Positions 1 through 9,131 of a stretch of 64,000 bases of DNA are shown in pieces. The stretch is from Candidatus Bathyarchaeia archaeon. Lineage in GTDB: Archaea > Thermoproteota > Bathyarchaeia > Bathyarchaeales > Bathycorpusculaceae. Each line of letters begins with the position of its first letter. Position 1 is the first letter of the stretch. Location: NCBI GenBank assembly GCA_038882955.1, contig JAVZNC010000001.1, positions 1-64,000 of the forward strand, read 5' to 3'. The position numbers were made by a program, and so were the translations under genes. The notes under the pieces were generated by a model. The model saw only the letters and a list, made by a program, of their open reading frames with translations. It had not been told where the DNA came from and did not search any database.

Positions 1-191
1 GCACAAAAACTCCACTCATCATCCCTCTGAACAGCAGTCCTACACCACATGTCGCCATCCCAATACTTTGTCACCGTAAGGAAAATATCATCCTCCCTAT
101 TCCACTTCAATGTGTTTTTAACAGCAATCTTTATCCACTCACCCTCCGGTTGCGAATTAACACACTCCCCATAACCCTTATATTCAAGCAT
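1..191 (-). CDS. hypothetical protein, 5' part (runs off window)
   Basis: ATG at 191 preceded by GGTGA; open frame MLEYKGYGECVNSQPEGEWIKIAVKNTLKW... continues to the window edge; not in the ORF track. Confidence 0.55.
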   Translation of the reverse strand, partial: MLEYKGYGECVNSQPEGEWIKIAVKNTLKWNREDDIFLTVTKYWDGDMWCRTAVQRDDEWSFC

Positions 192-278
192 ACGCCCACA
201 ATCACCACAAAATTTTCTCCAACGCCAAAAATTTAAGCTTTTTGCAAAAATTTTATAAAATAAAGCTATTTTAAGCAT

Positions 279-299
279 TTAACTACGAAACGTAGTTAA
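279..299. repeat. perfect 9-bp inverted repeat TTAACTACG-AAA-CGTAGTTAA
   Basis: Read directly; lies in an AT-rich non-coding stretch. Confidence 0.8.
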
Positions 300-567
300 T
301 TTCCGTTTTTAAAGCCAATTTTTGCTTTTAAACAGCTACGAAACTAAACATTTTTAAAGAACACAACGGTATTCCGGCAAGCTCCATAACGCCTAACAAC
401 CTCCATGGATTAGGTAACCTCACCCTCTCTAATTGCAAACAAACAACATAAACCAAAGACAAAACCACCAAAAACCACAAGCGCCTTATGGAAAATCTCT
501 GATGAAGAAAACTCAATTACAAAAAATACAGTCGTATAAAACTACAAAACTACAGAAAAACAAAAAC

Positions 568-1269
568 CTAAGAAAAAGCGCCATTCAAGGAAAGAAACTG
601 CGAAAACAAAACGAAACTATAGTCGTACACAAAATAAAAAACCAGAAAAACAGCCCGTTCTTCAAAAAAAGCCTTTAAATAAAGCTCGGCTATACACCCA
701 AAAAGATATCTTTCATTTTCAGAGATGCTTTTATTGGTTATTCGTGCTTTTATTGGGCTTGTTTTCGTGTTTGGGGCTTGGTTTGGGCTTGTTATTGGTT
801 TTTCCTCATCAGTTGTTATGGTTGTGAAGGCAAGCGGTTTTATCCATAGTTTTACCCAGATGGGGAGCGTTTCTTTTACTGCTTGTCCGAATTTTTCGTC
901 TATTGTTTTTGCGTAGGCTAGAGCGATGTTGAATTCGTTTATTGCTCGGTCTAAGGCGTTTGCCAGCGTGGCTGTTAAAGTGGGGCTTGTCAGCATCCAT
1001 TTTCCTCTTTTTACTTGGACGGCTATGCCTACTTCTTCGAATTCTGCTATGTGTCGCCATATTGTTGAGAGGTCTTTGTCAATGTAGGCTCGGAGTTCTC
1101 TTAGGGTTACTCCTCTTTTTTCTAATGTTGCCAAATATAATCCAAGAAGCACTTTCACTCTTGTTCCCATTTTGTCTTGTGGAGCCTTGAAGTTTATTCG
1201 TTGAAGGATAGCTTCTGTAAACGATTGAAGTTTTGGGTCAGTCATGTGGCGTGCCGCGAGGCATTCCAT
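568..1269 (-). CDS. winged-helix DNA-binding protein (possible Rep or regulator of the element)
   Basis: wHTH-like VTLRELRAYIDKDLSTIWRHIAEFEEVGIAVQVKRGKWML; GGAGGTGA SD upstream; C-terminal ~40 aa look like read-through into non-coding DNA. Confidence 0.65.
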   Translation of the reverse strand: MECLAARHMTDPKLQSFTEAILQRINFKAPQDKMGTRVKVLLGLYLATLEKRGVTLRELRAYIDKDLSTIWRHIAEFEEVGIAVQVKRGKWMLTSPTLTATLANALDRAINEFNIALAYAKTIDEKFGQAVKETLPIWVKLWIKPLAFTTITTDEEKPITSPNQAPNTKTSPIKARITNKSISENERYLFGCIAELYLKAFFEERAVFLVFYFVYDYSFVLFSQFLSLNGAFS

Positions 1270-1306
1270 TTATGTGTTTTTCACCTCCTATAACAGGCTT
1301 CTCATT

Positions 1307-1465
1307 GTATAGTCGTGTAGGTGTTGGGATTTAAATCTTGCTTTTTTTATTGCGTTTTAGTTGCAATAGGCTCAGAATAAGCATTTTTAAGCAATAGAAC
1401 GTCAATATTTTGTTATTCTTTGAAGAAAGGCTTTATTTACTTCATTTAAGCATGTACGACTATAG
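1307..1465. promoter_or_regulatory. divergent promoter region with two copies of a TATAGTCGT operator-like motif
   Basis: GTATAGTCGTGT at 1307-1318 and TGTACGACTATAG at 1453-1465, each just downstream of an AT-rich TATA-like box on its own strand. Confidence 0.5.
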
Positions 1466-1487
1466 GTAAAGCGAGGGATTTCCCTAA

Positions 1488-1700
1488 TTGACTGGTGATA
1501 AAAAGCTTGCAAGGCATTTGAAGAAGGATGTTAAGAAAATCTTGGTTGAGTTTGATGCACCAGAGGATTTGGTTTGCGAGTTTGACCGTATAGTCATGAA
1601 TGAGCTTAGTTATCAATCTAGATCTGAGGCGCTTCGTGAGTATATGAGGAAAGTAGTGATGGAGTATAGACCTGTGCAGCATAGAAGAGGGATCTTCTAA
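1488..1700 (+). CDS. ribbon-helix-helix (CopG/NikR-like) regulator
   Basis: ILVEFDAPEDLVCEFDRIV...YQSRSEALREYMR RHH pattern. Confidence 0.75.
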   Translation: MTGDKKLARHLKKDVKKILVEFDAPEDLVCEFDRIVMNELSYQSRSEALREYMRKVVMEYRPVQHRRGIF

Positions 1701-1927
1701 TGGCTGTTAAAGGAGTAACAAAAGAAAGAGAATGCAAAGTTAGAATTAATGCAGTTATAACCGGAGAACCAGCTAAATGGCTCATGGAATGGAAACGCCG
1801 AGGTTTAATAACCAGCTATACTGATGGAGTTATTCAAGCCTTGAAGGCTCTTAATGAAAAAATGACCGAACTGGATTTAAAGTTCATTCAGCTTAAGAAC
1901 CTTAGAAGTGATGAGGAAGAATTATAA
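1700..1927 (+). CDS. small RHH-like protein
   Basis: Translationally coupled (TAATG); VRINAVITGEPAKWLMEWKRRGLITSYTDGVIQAL. Confidence 0.6.
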   Translation: MAVKGVTKERECKVRINAVITGEPAKWLMEWKRRGLITSYTDGVIQALKALNEKMTELDLKFIQLKNLRSDEEEL

Positions 1928-2030
1928 GCGTTTTGAAATTATCTCGACTGGAAATGTAGGTTTAATGACCTCAATTTCGTCTGTTGGATTTTTATTTCCT
2001 AATTTCGTAATAAAATGAAAGGGGATAAGG

Positions 2031-2186
2031 ATGAACTTTTATCTACAATCCTATGTTGAAAGTCTATTATTAGAATGCGAAAAATGTCAGTTTATCTTTA
2101 CAAGTAACAATTTAAGTGAAAAATCTTGTCCGAAATGTGGTTCTAAGAAGGTAAAAATAAAATTTCGGTTTGTTGAATGTGAATAA
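2031..2186 (+). CDS. small zinc-ribbon protein (51 aa)
   Basis: MNFYLQSYVESLLLECEKCQFIF...SCPKCGSKKVKIK; two CxxC motifs; below the ORF-track cutoff. Confidence 0.55.
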   Translation: MNFYLQSYVESLLLECEKCQFIFTSNNLSEKSCPKCGSKKVKIKFRFVECE

Positions 2187-2255
2187 AATATGATTGTTAG
2201 TTGTCCTATCAAAACGAAATTTGCATGAAAAAACTTAATTTTATGCCAATATATA

Positions 2256-2732
2256 ATGAAGGTTATGAATGAGGGGTCTGAAAAAGATCACTTGCAAATT
2301 TATTTGTCGATTTACCAAGCATTTCTTCCTATTCTTTCATTGTTTCTTGGCTTTATTTTAGCGACTGCTGCTTTAGTGTCGTTTTTGGAGGCACCTATAG
2401 AATTGCGTCGAATTCTATTATGGCTACTCTTATCGTCATTTTTGCTAATGGATTTTGTTCTCGTTAGAACGCATGCTACGGTTATTGAAATGTTAATTAA
2501 GAGAAAAATACCTTTATTATGTCCTCCATGGAATGACGAAATTCTAACTATAGGAATATTCGTTTTATCTATTTCCTTTAGTTTTATGCTTTTAATAGGT
2601 GGGTTAACTAAATATGAAGCTATAATTTGGGGGTTTCTTTCTGTGATTTTGGCAGTTTGGTCATATTTCCGTATTCGTGGTGCTAAGAAAACTGGAGAGG
2701 AAAACAAAATATTAATTGTTTTGAAAAGTTAA
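2256..2732 (+). CDS. 4-TM membrane protein, unknown function
   Basis: Four hydrophobic segments. Confidence 0.65.
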   Translation: MKVMNEGSEKDHLQIYLSIYQAFLPILSLFLGFILATAALVSFLEAPIELRRILLWLLLSSFLLMDFVLVRTHATVIEMLIKRKIPLLCPPWNDEILTIGIFVLSISFSFMLLIGGLTKYEAIIWGFLSVILAVWSYFRIRGAKKTGEENKILIVLKS

Positions 2733-2780
2733 TAATGGTCTATTCTATCGTCAAGCCAAATATTTTAAGATTTCTGCATA

Positions 2781-4109
2781 TTATACACTTAGTTTTATAA
2801 GCAATGTATGCGTGAGAAGGTCTAAGGCATCTAAAAATGTAGATTTTTCAGATATTGGGTATTTCTGGATAAACTGATGTAACATTCTTTCCTTCCGTTT
2901 CAAATAAGAGTTATAATCTTCTAATTCTTTTCTACTCTTAAAGTATTGATTCAAGTTTATTAATAATTCACGTGAAGAAGATGCTAAGCTTAACGGAGTA
3001 ATAATAGGTGATAGAATTGGCACAGCGACGTCTGCGACCCCCAAACCTAAGGATAACGCGCTTTTCCTTAGTCCTTTAGTTATTTCCTTACGCTTTTTGT
3101 TCAGAAATTCTGGAAGCTCTTTTTCAAAAATTTCTTCGAAAGTTTCTGATATTTTGTCTATAATCTCTATTGGCTTTACTATGTCATACATGACTCCTCC
3201 AGTACCAACTTCTGCGCTCCTTACTATCTGAATGCAATTTTGAATCAAATCATCATATTTTTTCTGAAATGCACTATTTTTGAGGGGCTTTCGCAAATAG
3301 TATATATCCTCAAAAGACAATTCGTCTAAAAGCGCGACGGGTAATGGATTTTTATTAAGAATTTCGAATGCCAACTCGAAGAATATTTTTAGGAATACTT
3401 GTGTTTCAGAAAGCTTTGTTCTACGCATAGAGAAATCTGTAAGAGAATAATCAATGTAACTTTCCTGTGGTAAAGCGCTTTCACAATTAACAACTCTCGC
3501 TCCAGATATGTGATAAACGAGATTAACAAAGTTTAGAAGAGTTCTCTGTTCTTTTGGTGACCACGTTGAAATACTTTTTAGAATTAAGTCTCTGGTTGCG
3601 ACATTCTCCTTTTGTATTTCCCTTACCAACGAGTTTATTTTTTGTCTGGGTATACCTCTTAAGTTCCTCCTTATAACGGATTTTTCATCATTAAGTGCTG
3701 CTAATATTTTTTCTCTAAACCACGCTACATTCTCCATGAATTCCCAGTTTACAACTTCCTCAACATGACTCTCGTAAAAAGACTGCATTTCCTCTTTTAT
3801 AGAACTTTTTATTCGTTTACCTTTCAAATAATCGGTTACATGCTCCTTATCTTCTCGTAAGGCGGGAATAACCATTTTTTGAGCTAATAATATGGAGTTA
3901 TCTTTAAAGATACTATATGCGAATTCGCTAGCTAAATGCGAAGCAGCACACACAATATTTTTCTTAGTTAAAAGAATAATCTTTAACCTACGTTCTACTT
4001 CTCTTCTATAAACTTCAGCATCATGCTTAAATTGTACAATAGTGTAATCAAAATCTGTAAAATATGCTCTTGGTCCTTGAAAGGTTATGGGGTTTATTCT
4101 TTTTATCAT
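2781..4109 (-). CDS. hypothetical protein (442 aa) with C-terminal hydrophobic hairpin
   Basis: Long ORF; LSLGLGVADVAVPILSPIITPLSLAS segment near the C-terminus. Confidence 0.7.
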   Translation of the reverse strand: MIKRINPITFQGPRAYFTDFDYTIVQFKHDAEVYRREVERRLKIILLTKKNIVCAASHLASEFAYSIFKDNSILLAQKMVIPALREDKEHVTDYLKGKRIKSSIKEEMQSFYESHVEEVVNWEFMENVAWFREKILAALNDEKSVIRRNLRGIPRQKINSLVREIQKENVATRDLILKSISTWSPKEQRTLLNFVNLVYHISGARVVNCESALPQESYIDYSLTDFSMRRTKLSETQVFLKIFFELAFEILNKNPLPVALLDELSFEDIYYLRKPLKNSAFQKKYDDLIQNCIQIVRSAEVGTGGVMYDIVKPIEIIDKISETFEEIFEKELPEFLNKKRKEITKGLRKSALSLGLGVADVAVPILSPIITPLSLASSSRELLINLNQYFKSRKELEDYNSYLKRKERMLHQFIQKYPISEKSTFLDALDLLTHTLLIKLSV

Positions 4110-4254
4110 TGTTACACTAAATGTATGCGAATTCTTTTACTAAAACTTTATTGGAGAAGAAGAAAACAAGGTGTGGGAATTGATAATCCTCGAGGATTTT
4201 ATGAATCGATAAGTTTTTGGGCAAATTTATATTTATAGAATTACTTGAATCAAG

Positions 4255-5181
4255 ATGCCATGTTACCATATACTTGTCAGTTATAGGGATCTAAAGAATG
4301 CTTCACGATCACTTCTTTACGAGTTAGATTTATCAAAAGACGAGGTTGAAATATTTGTGGAGCAGTATTTAAAGGGGCAAGTCTTATTCAAGGGAAAATG
4401 GTTAGATGTTGCAAATATAGATGAGGTCGAAATTCTAGAAACTCGGTATCCACATGATTCGTGGTCTAATATTGTTCCTTTAGTCTCGGTAAGAGATATC
4501 ACTATTTCAAGTAGAGGACGAAATGCAAAGACTGTTACAAGAAAGTTTATCAAATTAGAACCTAATTGGTTCGTTAGAAAACATGCAAAGCACATGCCTC
4601 CAAGCAAAAATGTGTTTATAGTGCATGGAAGAGACCACAAACCAGTGAAGGAACTTGAAGTGATGCTTTCTGAATTCGGTCTCAATCCGATAATCCTTCA
4701 CGAACAACCAAGTGGAAGCAGAACAATCATTGAGAAACTTGAAAAATACTCTGATGTTGGTTATGCATTTGTGATTCTGACACCAGATGATGTGGGATGT
4801 TTTAGGAGCGATTTCATCAAATTCATGCAAGTTTTAGACGAACTTTGGAAATCAATCTATGACTATGAAACCGGGTATAACTATGTTCCCGCAGACGTTT
4901 TGGACGAACTATGGAAGCAGACATGCAATCATATTCCAGAGGGGATTCCTGGGATTGTTAGATTATTAAGATCTAGGGCACGCCAAAACGTTGTTCTCGA
5001 GTTTGGATATTTTATGGGATTGCTTGGTCGTGACAGAGTTTGCTGTTTATATAAGGGAGATGTAGAGTTACCATCGGATATGCACGGAATAATTTACATA
5101 CCTTTCAAAGAATCAGTGGAAGAGTGTCGTGATAAGATAATTAAAGAACTTAAAGCTGCTGGCTACGAAATAAAAATATAA
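4255..5181 (+). CDS. TIR-like domain protein (Cap12/Pycsar-type TIR, 'predicted nucleotide-binding protein')
   Basis: VFIVHGRD, TIIEKLE, FVILTPDD, RARQNVVLEFGYF and ELPSD motifs. Confidence 0.88.
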   Translation: MPCYHILVSYRDLKNASRSLLYELDLSKDEVEIFVEQYLKGQVLFKGKWLDVANIDEVEILETRYPHDSWSNIVPLVSVRDITISSRGRNAKTVTRKFIKLEPNWFVRKHAKHMPPSKNVFIVHGRDHKPVKELEVMLSEFGLNPIILHEQPSGSRTIIEKLEKYSDVGYAFVILTPDDVGCFRSDFIKFMQVLDELWKSIYDYETGYNYVPADVLDELWKQTCNHIPEGIPGIVRLLRSRARQNVVLEFGYFMGLLGRDRVCCLYKGDVELPSDMHGIIYIPFKESVEECRDKIIKELKAAGYEIKI

Positions 5182-5311
5182 AATTGGCAAAAGGTGGTTT
5201 TTGATAAAAGTAAGGGCGTGTTCCAAGCTCCTTTAGCTCGGATGACTCTCCCTTTTTATTCTTTTATGGGGTCCGAAGTGTGTAACACCATACAGCTATA
5301 AAAGTTTATAT

Positions 5312-5323
5312 ACCACTAGTGGT
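5312..5323. promoter_or_regulatory. 12-bp palindrome ACCACTAGTGGT, probable RHH operator
   Basis: Immediately after the TTTATATA box and before the small RHH gene. Confidence 0.5.
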
Positions 5324-5344
5324 CTGTTTATTTTGGTGTTATAA

Positions 5345-5494
5345 ATGCCCAAAAAAGAAAAAACTTCAACCTCTATAAAGATAGACCCTGAGCTTTGGAA
5401 AGAGGCGAAAATTGAAGCTATAAAAAGGGATATAGAAGTATCCGAACTTGTGGAACTTGCCTTGAAAAAAGAATTAGGTTTAAAGAGGCTCTAA
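5345..5494 (+). CDS. small CopG/RHH protein (49 aa)
   Basis: MPKKEKTSTSIKIDPELWKEAKIEAIKRDIEVSELVELALKKEL; not in the ORF track. Confidence 0.8.
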   Translation: MPKKEKTSTSIKIDPELWKEAKIEAIKRDIEVSELVELALKKELGLKRL

Positions 5495-5497
5495 AAA

Positions 5498-5958
5498 ATG
5501 AGTCATGATAAGGGAAAAGTGCTAGAGGAAACAAGGAAGGAACTTCGTCAAATGGTAGATGAAAGTTTTAAGTGGCAAAGGAAATTGAACATATGTTCAA
5601 GTATAGGCTTAAGGATGTTACAAGCGTTAAAGACCTAGAACTCATATCAGCCTTAATTACTAGATTGACGGAACAGTTAGCAGACCTAGCGATGCTTCAG
5701 TATAGAATTTTAGTGGAACTAAAGGATGCCTCCTTTTACATCTTATATGTGCCTCTCCATACAACTTTAGAGTTTAACGAAAGGACACTACCTTTGGTAG
5801 GTCAGCGACTTCAAGCATTCGAAAGTGAAGTTGAACGCTTAAAGAAAAGTAGAGAAAAGATTGTAGTTGAAGTGCGCAAAGAATACGAAGAAGCCATGAA
5901 AGAGCTCACTAAGATGTTGGAAGAACGGAAACGAAAAGAGAAAGGGATTATTGTATGA
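5498..5958 (+). pseudogene. coiled-coil hypothetical protein, apparently frameshifted near 5570
   Basis: ATG 5498 (MSHDKGKVLEETRKELRQMVDESFK) follows the RHH stop; downstream ORF 5572-5958 is in the -1 frame. Confidence 0.45.
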
Positions 5959-6167
5959 TGAATAATCCTTTACAATTAAAAAATAGCTAAGGAATCTCAA
6001 TATCGAGCCGATGGAAACTCTGGTTTATGTAATGCATTTAACAGAACCCGAAACCGAAAAACAAAAAAATCTCGAAAAACAAATGTATATTGCCCCCCTT
6101 TGGATTTATGCTGGTCCCTAAGGGGGTACGGCGATGAAACTCCAATTGGAGCGAGAGCCGATTCATT

Positions 6168-7970
6168 TTACTTGTCGATTCTAAGTTTCGATGTTTTGCT
6201 AGCTAATGCTTTTCGGTATAGAATTTCGGATTCAATATGGGTTGTACGGCAACGGGGAGACTTAATGAGGTGACATTTTGGAGCTGCTATATTTGTTATG
6301 TTTGGAGGTGATCTTATAACGAAATATCCCGGTGGCAGCTGGGAGATTCTGGATGCGAATTCTTGTAAGTCTCGGGCTTGACTTTTAATTGCTGCTTCCT
6401 CAAGATTGCCAAAAATTTTAGTTCCAACTAAGTCGTTAACAGTGGTATGGAAATCTTCTGGTGAGTGTGAAATTAAAACTAAACCAGCACCTGCAGCTCT
6501 AAAGACGCGCATTGTTTCAATAACTGTGGAAACAAGTAATTGTTGATAACCAGGTCTCGGCGACCTTGGGACAATGTAATGCGCTTCATCCAATATTTGC
6601 ATTAAATAGGGTTCTCCGGGTTTCTTTTTCTTAGCTTCAACGGATTTAAGTAGCCAATGTAATTGGAATATCATTCTAAACTCGAATGGTACTTGGCTAA
6701 CAGAAATTATATTTAGCCGAGGAGATTTCATAATTTCTTGTTCAACAAAGTCTGTGGCGCCTTCTTTATCAAAAATTTTCGATCTATCCATTGCTATAAG
6801 ATTTCTCTGGATGCTTTGTATGGTAGAAGAGTACAAACCCAAGTTACTCATTGTTTCTTGTCCATTTCTACTTAGAGACCAGTTCATCATATTATTAAGA
6901 GTCGCTTTTCCGGCTTCACCTGCATATTTACGAAAGGCATCCATGACTTGAGGGAAAAAGTCAACAGCTTGCTCGGATGGGTTTGGCATATAAAGTGCAG
7001 CAAGCTCAGCTGGTATATTGTTCCATTCAATAGTGAAGGGCTTCATGTGTTTTCTAAGTGCTTCAACATCATAGCCTTCATCCTTGAGGTAAGTAAAGTT
7101 CGGCGGATGGTCTGGCAAGTAGTATATATATGATTCGGAGATTTCCATAGGGCTAAAACCCATTTCTTCCCAGAACTTCTTGTCTTCCTCTGTAAAACCG
7201 AGTTTATCAGGTTCAGCTTTAAATATCATCTGAGCAAACTCGTCTTTAAAATCAGGGGCGATGACCACCCAATCGGATTCATATGCATGTTCTATTAGAG
7301 TTTTTGCAAGAACTGTTTTGCCCGACCCCGGTCCTCCAACTATATAAACTCCACGGAATACGGCATACGGATCTAATGGGTAAGGAAATACTTTTTCGAT
7401 ATCATTTTCCTTAAAGCGGACAATTTTCATACCTTGAACCAAGGCACCGATGGTCCACCCTTCTCTGAAAGCGTAAATTATCTTCATCTCTTGAGGCAAA
7501 GGTAAGAAGATCGGGCATCCATAAGGAACAGGGGTGATAACGGGTCTTAATGACTGGCTTTTATCGTCAACAACTCCTATCAGGTCTAGTGTGCATGTCT
7601 GAAACAATTCAGGAATTATTGACCTAATATTCTTAGACCAATTTTCGGTAAGAGGCTTCAAATCTCTGTATCCGGCATAAAGCGGGCTTTTAACACCAGG
7701 CGGAGGTTGCAGACCATGTTCTACTATTCTTGCTGCAACCTTCTCTTTAATATTATAGCTTCCTCCCTCAGTTGTATAAACACCAATGATAACGTCTGTC
7801 CCAAGTGAAACGTCAGCTTCTAACCTAAAGTTAGCTATAACGCTCATCCGTTCCTGTGTGATTGTGGCAGGGTTTAATTCGCTGGGTGCGGTAACCCCTA
7901 TTATCTTTCTTCCTGTAACTTCAAGAAACTCCTTATTTGTATTCAATCTCCCCACCCATACGCTTCCCAA
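6168..7970 (-). CDS. HerA/FtsK-like ATPase (DUF87 family)
   Basis: Walker A GGPGSGKT, PDFKDEF strand, Walker B ILDEAH, N-terminal beta-rich (HAS-like) region; start may be TTG 7946. Confidence 0.82.
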   Translation of the reverse strand: MGSVWVGRLNTNKEFLEVTGRKIIGVTAPSELNPATITQERMSVIANFRLEADVSLGTDVIIGVYTTEGGSYNIKEKVAARIVEHGLQPPPGVKSPLYAGYRDLKPLTENWSKNIRSIIPELFQTCTLDLIGVVDDKSQSLRPVITPVPYGCPIFLPLPQEMKIIYAFREGWTIGALVQGMKIVRFKENDIEKVFPYPLDPYAVFRGVYIVGGPGSGKTVLAKTLIEHAYESDWVVIAPDFKDEFAQMIFKAEPDKLGFTEEDKKFWEEMGFSPMEISESYIYYLPDHPPNFTYLKDEGYDVEALRKHMKPFTIEWNNIPAELAALYMPNPSEQAVDFFPQVMDAFRKYAGEAGKATLNNMMNWSLSRNGQETMSNLGLYSSTIQSIQRNLIAMDRSKIFDKEGATDFVEQEIMKSPRLNIISVSQVPFEFRMIFQLHWLLKSVEAKKKKPGEPYLMQILDEAHYIVPRSPRPGYQQLLVSTVIETMRVFRAAGAGLVLISHSPEDFHTTVNDLVGTKIFGNLEEAAIKSQARDLQEFASRISQLPPGYFVIRSPPNITNIAAPKCHLIKSPRCRTTHIESEILYRKALASKTSKLRIDK

Positions 7971-9061
7971 GGTGTGGATTCTGGCGAAACTATTTTCATT
8001 TTCTGGGCAAGTTTAGCCCTAAACATCTGCCTAAGTCCCTCTGATATTGAGAACTGTTCATGTGCAAGAGTTTGGTGAAGCGGTAAAAATCCTCCTCCGT
8101 TCTGGTAACTGTCTGATATTACTAGGTTTAAGATATCATCTCCTTTTTCTTTGAACATCCAGTAAAACGTTTCAATTCTAAATATCAAGTTTCGTGGTGT
8201 TAATATCCAACAAAATGTAACTTGATTTTCCTTAGTTACTCGTGGATCGCATTCGCGAATCCAGTGTGAACGCATATAATTATCTGAGCTTTTCCTTCCT
8301 TGTATCATCTTACTTAAGTAGAAAGCTCTATCATCTGAGTATTGGTCTAAGCCGAAATGCCGGACAATCGTCTGCATTCGGGGACGCTTAACAATGAATG
8401 AAACCATGCGTCCTGTCTTCTCATAAACATATCTATACGTATTTCCAAGTTTATCAATATGTTGATGACTATACGCCCTTAATGCTCCGTCAATCTCGTC
8501 GATCTTTATTCCAGGCAAATTCATTGCACTATTTATTGTTGAACGCAATTGTGTTTGCATAAAATGAGATGCAAGTCTATCTACTTGTCCCTCAATAGGA
8601 TGATGTGATGAAAGAAGATAGACGCGACTTCTTAATGAATAAGGTAGCTGCGAATTCAGAACCTCCCTGCTTCTAACGACAACAGCCCAATCTCTGGTTA
8701 CTTCCTTAGACCATTGTGGAAAATTTAACCATGTATTTACATGTCCAGAAATGCAAACTAAAATGTCATGTGTACCAAGAACCCAACGCCACAATCCCTC
8801 ATCGATTCCTACTGCTGGAAATCGACGGTCTGCCAACAAGTCATCTGTTGTTACTTCTTTCACGACCTGACCCTCGAGAACTTCTGGTTTAGCAACAATC
8901 TTCGAGTCTTGCCTTTCAATAAGCTCTTCTTCACTTTCCTGTGTTGGAGGACCGCAAACTTGAAATGATTCCGGCTTTAAAACGCGGAGTATACCCTCTG
9001 CTATCTCATCAATATCTAAATGCACCATGCTGGTCCCAGTTGAAAAAAGCGCTGACCTCAT
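7943..9061 (-). CDS. NurA-like nuclease
   Basis: AVGIDEG and IDGAL acidic motifs, FIVKRP, C-terminal LPLHQTLAHE; overlaps the HerA-like gene. Confidence 0.65.
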   Translation of the reverse strand: MRSALFSTGTSMVHLDIDEIAEGILRVLKPESFQVCGPPTQESEEELIERQDSKIVAKPEVLEGQVVKEVTTDDLLADRRFPAVGIDEGLWRWVLGTHDILVCISGHVNTWLNFPQWSKEVTRDWAVVVRSREVLNSQLPYSLRSRVYLLSSHHPIEGQVDRLASHFMQTQLRSTINSAMNLPGIKIDEIDGALRAYSHQHIDKLGNTYRYVYEKTGRMVSFIVKRPRMQTIVRHFGLDQYSDDRAFYLSKMIQGRKSSDNYMRSHWIRECDPRVTKENQVTFCWILTPRNLIFRIETFYWMFKEKGDDILNLVISDSYQNGGGFLPLHQTLAHEQFSISEGLRQMFRAKLAQKMKIVSPESTPWEAYGWGD

Positions 9062-9131
9062 TTAAAAACTTTTCCAGTGGAAATTTAGGTCATTATTTGG
9101 GTTACATTTATCAGATTTTAAGTCTTTAAGT

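Noticed and set aside
433-678. 81-aa Lys/Gln-rich ORF
   Set aside because: Artefact of the A-rich repeat tract; no protein-like motif.
6129-6160. Fluoride riboswitch or hammerhead ribozyme
   Set aside because: The GGCGATG start is similar, but the pseudoknot and catalytic core sequences are missing.
6168-9061. Housekeeping herA-nurA repair operon
   Set aside because: No mre11/rad50, divergent motifs, and location in an AT-rich island.
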